Shown in pieces: positions 29,800 to 38,924 of a stretch of 38,924 nt of DNA (its first letter is position 1; each line of letters opens with the position of its first letter). The DNA comes from Chloroflexota bacterium (GTDB taxonomy: Bacteria > Chloroflexota > Limnocylindria > P2-11E), in NCBI GenBank assembly GCA_016875795.1, contig VGOU01000003.1, forward strand, positions 1-38,924, given 5' to 3'. The translations under genes were made by a program, and so were the position numbers. The notes beneath the pieces are model-generated. The model was given only the letters and a program-made list of their open reading frames with translations, had not been told where the DNA came from and ran no database searches.

Positions 29800-30927
29800 G
29801 TGAAGGTCACGTGCCTGCAGGAGAACCTCACGCGCGGCCTCCAGATCGCCGGCCGGGGAGTCTCGTCGCGCTCGACGCTCGCCATCCTGGGCAACGTCCT
29901 CCTCCGCACGGAGAGTGGCCGGCTGAAGCTCACCGCGACGAACCTCGAGGTGGGGATCAACTGCTGGGTACCCGCGAAGGTCGACGACGAGGGCTCGATC
30001 ACCGTGCCCGCGAAGCTGTTCACCGACTTCGTGAACTCGCTCCCGCCGGGTCCGATAGAGCTCTCGCTGAACGTCCGCACGAAGACGGTGCACATCAAGA
30101 GAGGACCCTTCGAGGCGAACCTGAAGGGCATGGACGCCGAGGATTTCCCGACCATCCCCGGCATCCCGGACAAGCCCACGACGCGGATCGCGCAGAGCGC
30201 GCTGAAGCGCATGGTGCGCGAGGTCGCGTTCGTCGCCGCGACCGACGACAGCCGTCCCGTGCTCACCGGCGCGCTCACGACGTTCGACGGCAACGAGGTC
30301 CTCATGGCCGCGGCCGACCCATACCGGCTCTCTGTCCGCCGCTCGACGCTCCTCCTGAAGGTGCCCGAGAAGGTGGAGATCATCATCCCGGCGAAGAGCC
30401 TCTTGGAGGTCGAGCGCGTCCTCGAGGAGTCGGACGACCCGGTGGACCTGTTCATCACGCCGAATCGCGGCCAGGTCATATTCCACACCGAGGACGTCGA
30501 CCTCGTCACGCGCATCATCGAGGGCCAGTTCCCGAACTACAGGCAGGTCATCCCAGCGTCGAGCCAGACGCAGGTCATCGTCCAGCGTGAGGAGCTCCTG
30601 AAGGCCACGCGCCTCGCGTCGTACTTCGCGCGCGACTCGGCGAACATCGTGCGATTCCAGATAGACCCCACGAGCGACACCCCGCTCGTCATCAGCGCGA
30701 CCGCGGAGGAGGTGGGCGACAACACCGGTCGGATCGAGGCGAGCGTGCAGGGCCAGCCGGCGACGATCGCCTTCAACAGCCGTTTCGTGCAGGACGCGCT
30801 CACGAGCCTGTCGGCCCCCGAGGTGAAGCTGGAGCTCGGCGGACCGCTTGCGCCAGGCGTCATCCGGGTCGTGGGCGACGAGGAGGCGTACCTGCACGTC
30901 GTCATGCCTCTGAGGATCCCGAGCTAG
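29800..30927 (+). CDS. dnaN: DNA polymerase III beta sliding clamp
   Basis: LTATNLEV, SRPVLTG, RIIEGQFPNY, IAFNSRF, VVMPLR. GGGAGG RBS with GTG. Confidence 0.97.
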   Translation: MKVTCLQENLTRGLQIAGRGVSSRSTLAILGNVLLRTESGRLKLTATNLEVGINCWVPAKVDDEGSITVPAKLFTDFVNSLPPGPIELSLNVRTKTVHIKRGPFEANLKGMDAEDFPTIPGIPDKPTTRIAQSALKRMVREVAFVAATDDSRPVLTGALTTFDGNEVLMAAADPYRLSVRRSTLLLKVPEKVEIIIPAKSLLEVERVLEESDDPVDLFITPNRGQVIFHTEDVDLVTRIIEGQFPNYRQVIPASSQTQVIVQREELLKATRLASYFARDSANIVRFQIDPTSDTPLVISATAEEVGDNTGRIEASVQGQPATIAFNSRFVQDALTSLSAPEVKLELGGPLAPGVIRVVGDEEAYLHVVMPLRIPS

Positions 30928-30937
30928 CCGCTCCGCT

Positions 30938-32053
30938 TTGCGCGTCCAGCGCCTGCTCCTCGAGGAGTTCCGCTCGTACGACCGGACCGAGATCGACCTC
31001 GCCGACGGCCTGACGGCCTTCGTCGGCCCGAACGGCGCCGGCAAGACGAACATCCTCGAGGCCATCCACCTCCTCGCGCGTGGCGACTCGCCGCGGGCGC
31101 GCGACGACAGCGAGATGGTGCGCTGGGGCGCCGCGATGGCGCGCGCCGCGGCGCAGGCGTCGCGCGACGGCGAGGCCGCGCGCGTCGAGACCCTTCTCTT
31201 CGCGCCGGTGAGCGGGGAGCGGCGCCGGCCGCGGCGGTACCTCGTCGACGGCGCGGCGAAGCGCGCGGAGGACGCGCTCGGCCGGATCGTCGTCGTCGCG
31301 TTCTTCCCCGAGGACGTGGACCTCCTCGCGCAGGCGCCGGCCGCGCGCCGGCGCTACGTCGACGCGATGATCGCGCAGGTCGACCGCCGGCACCGCGCAG
31401 AGACGCGGGAGTACGCGCGCGTGCTCGAGCAGCGCAACGCGCTCCTGTGCGCGCTCCGGGACGAGGGCGCGCAGCCCGAAGGGCAGCTCGACTTCTGGGA
31501 CGGCGAGGTGTGCCGCCTCGCGGCCGCTATCTCGCTGCGGCGCATCCAGGCCGTGCACGGGCTGCGTCAGCCGTTCCGCGAGGCCGTCGAGCGCTGGAGC
31601 GGCGAGCACCAGGTGGACGTCGCCTACGCCACGCCGGCCGAGGGCGAGAGCGAGGCGGAGCGCGTGAGCGCTTACGCGCGGCTCCTCGAGGAGAAGCGCG
31701 AGAGGCAGATATGGCAGGGCGCGACGCTCGTCGGGCCGCACCGCGAGGACCTCGCCGTGACGCAGGGCGGGCGGGACCTGCCATCGTTCGCCTCACGCGG
31801 CGAGCAGCGCAGCGTCGTCCTCGCGCTGAAGCTCGCGGAGGCGCAGTGGCTGCGCGAGCGCGCGGGCACGACGCCGATACTCCTCCTGGACGACGTGCTG
31901 TCGGAGCTCGACGGCGAGCGGCGCCAGCGCCTCGTCGACGCCCTGCCGGCCGATGCCCAGGCGCTCCTCACGTCGGCGCTCCCCGCGGGCCTGCCCACGC
32001 GGCTCGCCGAGGGTGCGTCGGTCATCCCCCTGTCGCGGGAGCGCCCGCTGTGA
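30938..32053 (+). CDS. recF: DNA replication/repair protein RecF
   Basis: FRSY, GPNGAGKTNILEAI, GPHREDL, ASRGEQR, LLDDVLSELD. Confidence 0.97.
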   Translation: MRVQRLLLEEFRSYDRTEIDLADGLTAFVGPNGAGKTNILEAIHLLARGDSPRARDDSEMVRWGAAMARAAAQASRDGEAARVETLLFAPVSGERRRPRRYLVDGAAKRAEDALGRIVVVAFFPEDVDLLAQAPAARRRYVDAMIAQVDRRHRAETREYARVLEQRNALLCALRDEGAQPEGQLDFWDGEVCRLAAAISLRRIQAVHGLRQPFREAVERWSGEHQVDVAYATPAEGESEAERVSAYARLLEEKRERQIWQGATLVGPHREDLAVTQGGRDLPSFASRGEQRSVVLALKLAEAQWLRERAGTTPILLLDDVLSELDGERRQRLVDALPADAQALLTSALPAGLPTRLAEGASVIPLSRERPL

Positions 32054-32346
32054 GACCGGTCTCGCGCGCGGTGGACCGGCTGCTGCGCGGCCTCGGCATC
32101 GCGGCCGAGGTCGACCGCGCCGCAGCCATCGACCACTGGGCCGCCGCGGCGGCGTCGGTGCTCGGTGCGGATGCATCGCTCACGCGCGCCGTCGCGGTCG
32201 ACGGGGCGACCATCGTCGTCGCCGTGCCGACGGCGGCGTGGGCGTCGGAGATCCGCCTACGGCAGCGCGCGATCCTCGAGGCGCTCCGCCGGGCGTCGCC
32301 GAAGAGCGACATCCGCGCGATCCGCACCGTGCCGAGCGCTCGGTGA
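32050..32346 (+). CDS. DUF721/DciA family protein
   Basis: 98 aa after recF (GTGA overlap), with W...G and AWASEI patterns typical of DUF721. Confidence 0.8.
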   Translation: MRPVSRAVDRLLRGLGIAAEVDRAAAIDHWAAAAASVLGADASLTRAVAVDGATIVVAVPTAAWASEIRLRQRAILEALRRASPKSDIRAIRTVPSAR

Positions 32347-32391
32347 CGCCGCCCGCACCCGCGATTCCGCCTGCGACGGATAGCCGAGCCC

Positions 32392-34521
32392 GTGGATCCG
32401 CGGAGCGTGCTGGCGAGCGAGCGGCGCCAGGCCGGGCAGTACTCTCGGTCGCGGATGCGGGCCGCGAGCTTCGTCACGACGGTCGGCGCGACGATCGCCG
32501 CGCGCGACGGCCGCGAGATGGTCATCGTCCACGAGCCGCCGACCGGGGCGACGCTGCGGACGCGAGGCCGCTTCTACCTGGTGTGCGAGATAGACCCGCC
32601 GTCACGCCGCGCGAACGAGATCGCCGCCGAGGCGACCGAGATGGTCCGGCACGAGTACTACTACGACCTCTCGGCGGGGATCGAGGTCGCGCTCCGGCGC
32701 GCGCTGCGCAAGGCGAACCGGCTCGCCGCGCAGCTCGTGCGCGAGGAGCGCGGGCGCATCCGCCTCCATCTCGCGTGCGCCGTGATCGTGAACAACGAGG
32801 TGCACGCGGCGCGCGTCGGCCGCACCCACGTCTTCCTCGTCCGGCACGCGCGGCTCTTCCTCCCGGGCGAGGAGCCCGACGAGATCGCCGACTTCGTGCA
32901 TCGCACCACGACGCGGCAGGCGGCGTCGCTCGGCGCGGAGATCGACCTGCTCCCGCTCGTCTGGCGCCAGGCCATCGACGCGGGCGACACGATCGTGCTC
33001 GCGGCGAGCGACGTCGTCGACACGCTCGGCGCGGAGGCGCTGAGGAACGCGGCGATCACGCTGCATCCGCGCGCTGCCGCCGAGCACGTCCGGGCGCGCG
33101 CGGTCGCGGAAGGCGCGGCCGGCAGCACCGCGGCCGTCTTCATCGAGATCTCCGGATCGGCCGGCGCCGCGGCGCGCCTAGCCGGCGAGCCCGAGGTGCC
33201 GGCCGAAGCGCCGGCCGAGCTCGTCGTGGCCGAAACGATCAGGTCGCGGCTCGACGTCGTGTGGCGGCACCGCCCGCGCCTCGGGCGGATGCTCGCGGCG
33301 GTCACCGCGCCGCTCGTCCGCGCCTTCCGCGCCGCCACGCTCGTGGCCCTCGAGCTCATGCCGCGACGCGCGACGGTGCTGCCGCGCCGGCCCGAGAGCG
33401 CGCGGCGGCGCTCGGCGCGAGTCCAGCGCGTGATCTCGCTCCTCGCGGTCCTCCTGTTCGTCGTGACGCTCGGCCTCGGCGCCGCGGTCGTGCGCGACTA
33501 CCAGGCGAACCAGGTCGTGCACGACTACCGCCTCGCCATCGTCGATGTCGAGAACGACCTCGCCGCGACGCGCTCGTTCGCGACGCGGCGCGACATGGAC
33601 CGCGCGTGGGACCGGCTCGGCTCGGCGGCGGACCGGCTCGCGGCGGCGTCGCGCTCGCCCGCGGCGGAGGAGGGCACGGTCGCGAAGCTGCGCGCCGAGA
33701 TCGCGGCGCTCGAGGACAAGCTGAACGACGTCATCGTCGATCTCGCGAAGGCCGCGCCCGGCGCGGCGCCGACGGAGCTCGCGCAGACGGTGAACGGGCT
33801 CTACGCGGCGGATCCGCCGTCGGGACGGCTGTGGCGCATCTTCGGCGACCCGGTGACGACGGGGGTCGTCCTGCAGCGCGGCAGGGCCGGCGTCGGCACG
33901 CCGGTGTCCGTCGCGGCACAGGGCGAGGCGCTCCTGACGCTCGACGACGCGCGCAAGGTCTGGCGGGCGCAGGGCAACGAGGTCGCCGCGCTCGCGCTGC
34001 CGAAGCCCGAGACGTGGAAGAGCGCGACGCGCGTGGGGACCTTCCGCGACAACGTGTACGTCCTCGACCCCCTGGCCGGCCAGCTGTGGCGGTACGAGCC
34101 GAACTTCCGCGGAGTGCTCGACGGACCGGTCGCGGCCCTGCCGACGGCGCTCCCGGCCGAGATGCTGCGCAGCATGGCCGTGGACGGCGACGTGTGGCTC
34201 CTCACGAGCGGCGGCGAGGTCCAGCGCTACCGGCGGCAGGGCGTCCAGCCCACGCTCACCCGCCTCCCGTTCACGCTCACCTTGATCGGGGCGCCGATCA
34301 GGCCCACCCACATCCAGGCGATCGAGGCGCAGCGCTCGATCTGGCTGCTCGACGCGCCGGGGCGGACGCTCGCGCAGGTCACGCGCGACGGCCGGGAGAT
34401 CGCCCGCTTCAGGGTCTCCGCCCGGCTCGCTGAGGCGAGCGCTTTCTTCGTCTCCGAGGGCCAGCGCATCGCCTACACGATCCACGGCAGCAAGGTGGCC
34501 GCGACCGACATCACGCGATGA
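32392..34521 (+). CDS. Membrane protein: degenerate PP2C-like domain + TM + beta-propeller-like extracellular domain
   Basis: N-terminal PP2C-like pattern, TM VISLLAVLLFVVTLGLGAAVV, C-terminal repeats such as NVYVLDPLAGQLWRY and MAVDGDVWLL. Confidence 0.7.
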   Translation: MDPRSVLASERRQAGQYSRSRMRAASFVTTVGATIAARDGREMVIVHEPPTGATLRTRGRFYLVCEIDPPSRRANEIAAEATEMVRHEYYYDLSAGIEVALRRALRKANRLAAQLVREERGRIRLHLACAVIVNNEVHAARVGRTHVFLVRHARLFLPGEEPDEIADFVHRTTTRQAASLGAEIDLLPLVWRQAIDAGDTIVLAASDVVDTLGAEALRNAAITLHPRAAAEHVRARAVAEGAAGSTAAVFIEISGSAGAAARLAGEPEVPAEAPAELVVAETIRSRLDVVWRHRPRLGRMLAAVTAPLVRAFRAATLVALELMPRRATVLPRRPESARRRSARVQRVISLLAVLLFVVTLGLGAAVVRDYQANQVVHDYRLAIVDVENDLAATRSFATRRDMDRAWDRLGSAADRLAAASRSPAAEEGTVAKLRAEIAALEDKLNDVIVDLAKAAPGAAPTELAQTVNGLYAADPPSGRLWRIFGDPVTTGVVLQRGRAGVGTPVSVAAQGEALLTLDDARKVWRAQGNEVAALALPKPETWKSATRVGTFRDNVYVLDPLAGQLWRYEPNFRGVLDGPVAALPTALPAEMLRSMAVDGDVWLLTSGGEVQRYRRQGVQPTLTRLPFTLTLIGAPIRPTHIQAIEAQRSIWLLDAPGRTLAQVTRDGREIARFRVSARLAEASAFFVSEGQRIAYTIHGSKVAATDITR

Positions 34522-35192
34522 TCCCGCTCCACGACCTGGAGCGGCGGACCGGGACGCCGCTCGTGACGCGGGCGATCCTCCTCGCGAACGTCGCCGTCTG
34601 GCTGTACGTCCTCTCGCTGCTCGGCCGGCCCGCGGAGCTGCGCGCCTTCTACGACCGCTGGTCGTTCGACCCGGCCGAGCTGCGCGCGACGCTCGCGGCG
34701 GGCCAGGCGACCGCAGCGACCCTCGCGCCGCTCTTCACGCACCAGTTCCTGCACGGCGGCTGGCCCCACCTCGCCGGGAACGTGCTGTACCTCTGGGTCT
34801 TCGGCGGCAGCGTCGAGGGGCGGCTCGGCTCCGCGGGGTACCTCCTCTTCTACCTCGCGAGCGGCGCGTTCGCGGCGATCGGCCAGGCGGTCGCGGCGCC
34901 GGCGGCGATGGTCGGCGCGTCGGGGCCCATCGCCGGCGTGCTCGGCGCGTACGTCGTCCTCTCGCCCACGGCGCGCGTGCGGACGCTCGTGTTCCTCGGC
35001 ATCTTCATCACGGTCATCACGCTGCCCGCTGTCGTCGTCATCGGCGAGTGGATCGTCATCCAGGTCCTGTCCGGTCTCGAGGTGATGCGGCTGACGCCGC
35101 ACCGCGCGACCGACCAGGTCGCGTACGCCGCGCACGTGGCGGGCTTCCTCAGCGGGATCGTGCTCGTGCGCCTGCTGCTGCCGAGGCGCTGA
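34518..35192 (+). CDS. Rhomboid intramembrane serine protease
   Basis: FLHGGWPHLAGN, VGASG (catalytic Ser), AHVAGF (catalytic His). Confidence 0.93.
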   Translation: MIPLHDLERRTGTPLVTRAILLANVAVWLYVLSLLGRPAELRAFYDRWSFDPAELRATLAAGQATAATLAPLFTHQFLHGGWPHLAGNVLYLWVFGGSVEGRLGSAGYLLFYLASGAFAAIGQAVAAPAAMVGASGPIAGVLGAYVVLSPTARVRTLVFLGIFITVITLPAVVVIGEWIVIQVLSGLEVMRLTPHRATDQVAYAAHVAGFLSGIVLVRLLLPRR

Positions 35193-35210
35193 TACGATCG
35201 ATCCGCAGAG

Positions 35211-35747
35211 ATGTACGTCATCTGTGCGGTCGAATCGGTCCGCGTGCACAGCCTCACGGGCCAGCACGTCGTCTTCCTGCAGGGTCGCGAGTCGGAGCGG
35301 ATCGTGCCGATCTGGATCGGCGCCGACCAGGCGCACAGCATCGCGATGAGCATCGCCGGGCTCCGCAGCGAGCGGCCGCTCACGCACGACCTCATGGCCG
35401 AGATGCTCGCGAAGCTCGACGTGGAGGTGACGCGCATCGTCGTGAAAGACCTCGTCGACGACGGCCAGGGCAGCGGCGTCTTCCACGGCAGCGTGTTCCT
35501 CCAGGCGGGCGAGCGGGAGATCGAGGTCGACTCGCGCGCCTCGGACGCGATCGCCCTCGCCGTGCGCAGCGGGGCGCGCATCCTCGTCACGGACGAGGTG
35601 TTCGACCGCGCATCCATGGCACCGGAGGGCTCCGGTGAGGACGACAGCGAGATCGCGCTCTTCAAGCAGTTCATCGAGAGCCTCCCGGAGGAGCCGACCG
35701 GGGAGCCCAAGAGGGAGGCAGACGGCCCGGGCGATCCTCGCAGCTGA
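35211..35747 (+). CDS. Bifunctional nuclease family protein (DUF151)
   Basis: PIWIG, RPLTHDL, DSRASDAIALA. Confidence 0.92.
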   Translation: MYVICAVESVRVHSLTGQHVVFLQGRESERIVPIWIGADQAHSIAMSIAGLRSERPLTHDLMAEMLAKLDVEVTRIVVKDLVDDGQGSGVFHGSVFLQAGEREIEVDSRASDAIALAVRSGARILVTDEVFDRASMAPEGSGEDDSEIALFKQFIESLPEEPTGEPKREADGPGDPRS

Positions 35748-37026
35748 GGTCTGGCCCCGCGACACGAGCGTGGGGCGGGACGGGCACCTCCGCGTCGGCG
35801 GGGTCGACCTCGTGCGGCTGGCCGCGCGCCACGGCACCCCGCTCTACGTGTTTGACGCGGCGACCATCCGCGACGCGTACGCCGCGTACGAGCGCGCCTT
35901 CCGGCGGTACCGGCCCGTACGCATCTCGTACGCGGTGAAGGCGTGCGCGCTCATCGGCGTGGCCGCGGTCATCGCGCGCCTCGGCGCGGACGCGAGCGCC
36001 GCGTCCATCGGCGAGGTGATGGCCGCCCGGCGCAGCGGCTTCCCGGCCTCGCGCACCCAGCTCCACGGCAACGCGAAGACCGACGACGACCTGCGCCGGG
36101 CGCTGCGGCTCGGCGTCGGCCGCATCGTCATCGACGGGGCCGAGGAGATCGGCGCGCTCGCCCGGCTCGTCCGTCGCAGGCGCGGCGAGCAGAAGGTGTG
36201 GCTGCGCGTGTCGCCAGGGATCTCCTCGGACACGCACGACCACCTGCGGACCGGTGCGCTCGACAGCAAGTTCGGCGCGCCGCTCGCGACCGGGGATGCG
36301 CTCGCCCAGGCGCGCGCGATCGTCGCGACGAAGGGCCTGCGCCTCGTGGGCATCCACGCGCACCTCGGGACGGAGCTCCACGAGCCCGACAAGTACGGCG
36401 TGCTCGCCGGCATGCTCGTCGAGTTCGCGCGCGAGCTGCGCCCGCTCGGCGCGCGCATCGCCGAGATCTCCGTCGGCGGCGGGCTGAGGATCCCGACGAC
36501 GGGTGAGGACCGTGTCCTCTCGCTCGACGACTACGCGCGCGCGGTCGGCCCGGCGATCCGCTCGGCGGCCGGCCTGAAGGCCGCGCTCTACCTCGAGCCC
36601 GGGCGGTCGCTCGTCGGGCGCAGCGGCGTGGCGCTGTACGGCGTCGTCGGCACGAAGCGCGTGCCCGCCGTCCGCACGTTCGTGGCGGTCGACGGCGGCA
36701 TGGGCGACAACATCCGCCCGGCGCTCTACGGCGCGGCGTACACCGCCGTCCTCGCGGACCGGCCCGCGGCCGCGGCCGAGGAGCAGGTCGCCGTCGTGGG
36801 CTCGTACTGCGAGAGCGGCGACGTGCTCATCCGCGAGGTGCTCCTCCCGACGGCGCGCCGCGGCGAGGTGCTCGCCGTGCCGGCGAGCGGCGCGTACGCG
36901 GTCGCCATGGCGTCGAACTACAACCACCACCCGCGGCCCGCCGTCGCGCTCATCGACAGCGGCCGCGCGCGCCTCATCCGCGAGCGCGAGCGCGCGGCGG
37001 ACATCTGGCGGCTGGAGAAGAAGTGA
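35635..37026 (+). CDS. lysA: Diaminopimelate decarboxylase (start uncertain)
   Basis: GTPLYVFD, YAVKA (PLP Lys), HGNAK, EPGRSLVG, DNIRPALY, CESGD, MASNYN. Confidence 0.92.
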   Translation: MRTTARSRSSSSSSRASRRSRPGSPRGRQTARAILAAEVWPRDTSVGRDGHLRVGGVDLVRLAARHGTPLYVFDAATIRDAYAAYERAFRRYRPVRISYAVKACALIGVAAVIARLGADASAASIGEVMAARRSGFPASRTQLHGNAKTDDDLRRALRLGVGRIVIDGAEEIGALARLVRRRRGEQKVWLRVSPGISSDTHDHLRTGALDSKFGAPLATGDALAQARAIVATKGLRLVGIHAHLGTELHEPDKYGVLAGMLVEFARELRPLGARIAEISVGGGLRIPTTGEDRVLSLDDYARAVGPAIRSAAGLKAALYLEPGRSLVGRSGVALYGVVGTKRVPAVRTFVAVDGGMGDNIRPALYGAAYTAVLADRPAAAAEEQVAVVGSYCESGDVLIREVLLPTARRGEVLAVPASGAYAVAMASNYNHHPRPAVALIDSGRARLIRERERAADIWRLEKK

Positions 37027-37664
37027 GGGCCGTCGTCGTCGCGCACGGGGAGGTGGATCCCGCGGACGCCGCGCACCTGCGCGCGGCCGACCTCATCGTC
37101 GCCGCCGACGGCGGGACCGCGCACCTCGAGCGCTGGGGTGTCGCGCCGCACCTCGTCGTCGGGGACCTCGACTCGCTGTCCGCCGAGGCGCGCGCGCGCC
37201 TCGCGGGCCTCCCGGTCGAGCGGCACCCCGCCGCGAAGGAGAAGAGCGACACCGAGCTCGCCGTCGACCGCGCCGTCGCGGCCGGCGCGGACGAGATCGT
37301 CCTCCTCGGCGCGCTCGGCGGTCCGCGCGCCGATCACGCCCTCGCGAACACGCTCCTCCTCGCCTGCGACGCGCGCCTGCGGATCGTCCGCGGCGCGCTC
37401 GCGATGCGCGTCGTGCGCGGCGGCGGGCGCGCGGCCATCGACCGCCCCGCGGGCGAGACCGTGACGCTGCTCGCCGTCGGCGGGGACGCCGCTGGCGTCA
37501 CGACGGAGGGGCTGCGCTATCCGCTGCGGTCCGAGACGCTGCGGCTCGGCTCGTCGCGCGGCGTCAGCAACGAGGTCGCGTCGCGTCCGGCCGCGGTCAG
37601 CGTCGGGTCGGGCGCGCTCCTGGTGATCGAGGGCGGCCCGTCATCCCCGCAGGAGCAGGCGTAG
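37023..37664 (+). CDS. thiN: Thiamine pyrophosphokinase
   Basis: ADGG, GDLDS, KEKSDTELA, GGPRADH, GLRYPL, GVSNE. Confidence 0.93.
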   Translation: MRAVVVAHGEVDPADAAHLRAADLIVAADGGTAHLERWGVAPHLVVGDLDSLSAEARARLAGLPVERHPAAKEKSDTELAVDRAVAAGADEIVLLGALGGPRADHALANTLLLACDARLRIVRGALAMRVVRGGGRAAIDRPAGETVTLLAVGGDAAGVTTEGLRYPLRSETLRLGSSRGVSNEVASRPAAVSVGSGALLVIEGGPSSPQEQA

Positions 37665-38354
37665 GCGCAGGCGCAGCAGGTCGCGGACCGTCCGCATGAT
37701 CACGCGGAGCGTGGCGCCCTTCTCCCGGCCGTAGCGGCGCGGGAAGTGGCGCACCGGCACCTGCTCGATGCGCTCGCCGCGCGCGCGCAGGACGAGGAGC
37801 AGCTCGGGCGAGAAGAACGCGCTGTCCGAGCGCACCGCGGCGAGCGGGACGCGGTCGAAGACCGACCGGCGGAAGATCTTGAACGCGCAGTCGACGTCGC
37901 GGAACGGGGCGAGGAAGAGCGCGCGGATGAGGGTGTTGTAGACCCACGCGATGAAGAGCCGCTTCGGCGGGTCGGCGCGCTTCTCGCGCCACCCGACGAC
38001 GACGTCGGCGCGGTCGAGGCGCGCGATGAGGCGGTCGAGGTCGTCGAGGTCGAACTGCTGGTCGCCGTCGGTGAAGAAGACGTGCTCCTTCGTGGCGGTC
38101 GCGAGGCCCGAGCGCACCGCGCCGCCGTACCCGCGGTTCGGGCTGTGGTGGACGACGCGCACGCGCGGGTCCTCGGCCGCGAGACGATCGGCGATCTCAC
38201 CCGTCCGGTCGTGGCTGCCGTCGTCGACGACGACGATCTCCACGTCGTCGGCGAAGCGCGGCAGCTTGGCCTGCGCCTCGCGCACGACGGCCTCGACGTT
38301 CTCCTCTTCGTTGTAGGCGGGGAAGAAGAAGGAGAGGCTCCGCAGCCCCGGCAC
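37641..38354 (-). CDS. GT2 family glycosyltransferase (DPM1-like)
   Basis: PAYNEEEN, VDDGSHDRT, NRGYGGA, TDGDQQF, DVDCAFK. Confidence 0.92.
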   Translation of the reverse strand: MPGLRSLSFFFPAYNEEENVEAVVREAQAKLPRFADDVEIVVVDDGSHDRTGEIADRLAAEDPRVRVVHHSPNRGYGGAVRSGLATATKEHVFFTDGDQQFDLDDLDRLIARLDRADVVVGWREKRADPPKRLFIAWVYNTLIRALFLAPFRDVDCAFKIFRRSVFDRVPLAAVRSDSAFFSPELLLVLRARGERIEQVPVRHFPRRYGREKGATLRVIMRTVRDLLRLRLRLLLRG

Positions 38355-38395
38355 ACGCGCGAGGCTAGCGCCCGCTTTCGCCTAGCGTTCTACTG

Positions 38396-38924
38396 ATGCG
38401 GCTCACCGACCCGCGCATCGCGCTCGCGCTCTCGCTCCTCGGCTCCCTGGGATACCTGGCGTTCGGGTGGGGGGCCGAGACGGTGTACGACTACTACGGC
38501 CGCCTCGCCGAGGCGTTCGCCGACGGGCGGTGGTGGCTCGAGACCGCGCCCCCGTGGCTGAACGAGCTCGTGCGCTGCGGTCCCGAGCGCTGGTGCGTCG
38601 TGTACCCGCCGCTCCCCGCGGTGCTGTCGATCCCCTCCCTGCCGCTCGGCGCCGCGCTCGCGCAGAGCATCGTGTCGCGGATCGCCGGCGGGGCGTCGGC
38701 GGGCTTCCTGTACATGGGCCTGCGCGCGTACGGCGCGCCGCGCCGGGTCGCTCTCGCGGGGGCGGTCGTGTCCACGTTCGGGACGACGCTCCTCTTCACC
38801 AGCGTCGACGCGCGCTCGTGGTACGCGGCGCAGGCCGTCGCGATGTGCTTCGGATCGGCCGCGTTCTGGGTCGCGGCGCGCGGCGGGCCGCCGTGGGCGC
38901 TCGGCGCGCTCATCGGCCTCGCCG
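38396..38924 (+). CDS. Integral membrane protein, possible GT-C glycosyltransferase (partial)
   Basis: Open frame from ATG 38396 to the window end: MRLTDPRIALALSLL...YDYYGRLAEAF...YPPLPAVL, multiple TM segments. Divergent from the GT2 gene. Confidence 0.65.
   Translation, partial: MRLTDPRIALALSLLGSLGYLAFGWGAETVYDYYGRLAEAFADGRWWLETAPPWLNELVRCGPERWCVVYPPLPAVLSIPSLPLGAALAQSIVSRIAGGASAGFLYMGLRAYGAPRRVALAGAVVSTFGTTLLFTSVDARSWYAAQAVAMCFGSAAFWVAARGGPPWALGALIGLA

Overview
This is a very GC-rich bacterial chromosome segment spanning the replication origin. The gene content suggests a monoderm lineage such as Chloroflexota (inference only). Most of it is core: comEC(partial)-comEA-DUF6941-like-leuS, rodA-mrdA-mreD, parA-parB-gyrB-thioesterase-gyrA (with a 157-aa mini-intein), ftsE-ftsX-M23 peptidase, smpB, tmRNA, jag-yidC-yidD-rnpA-rpmH, dnaA-oriC-dnaN-recF-dciA, lysA, thiN and glycosyltransferases. 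A small decayed accessory islet at the tmRNA 3' end holds two IS remnants flanking a membrane-anchored SagB-type flavoprotein. The most striking observation is in the leuS leader, which is a complete Leu-specific T-box riboswitch (Stem I with CUC specifier, Stem II, IIA/B pseudoknot, antiterminator and terminator). An intact tRNA-Ala(GGC) gene is nested inside the loop of its Stem III, so one transcript appears to be both riboswitch and pre-tRNA. Other items of note are a self-contained structured small transcript upstream of smpB, a variant ParB helix-turn-helix with a variant parS-like palindrome, an atypical GyrA QRDR, and a PP2C pseudophosphatase-TM-propeller protein. All calls come from reading the sequence by eye; no database searches were run.
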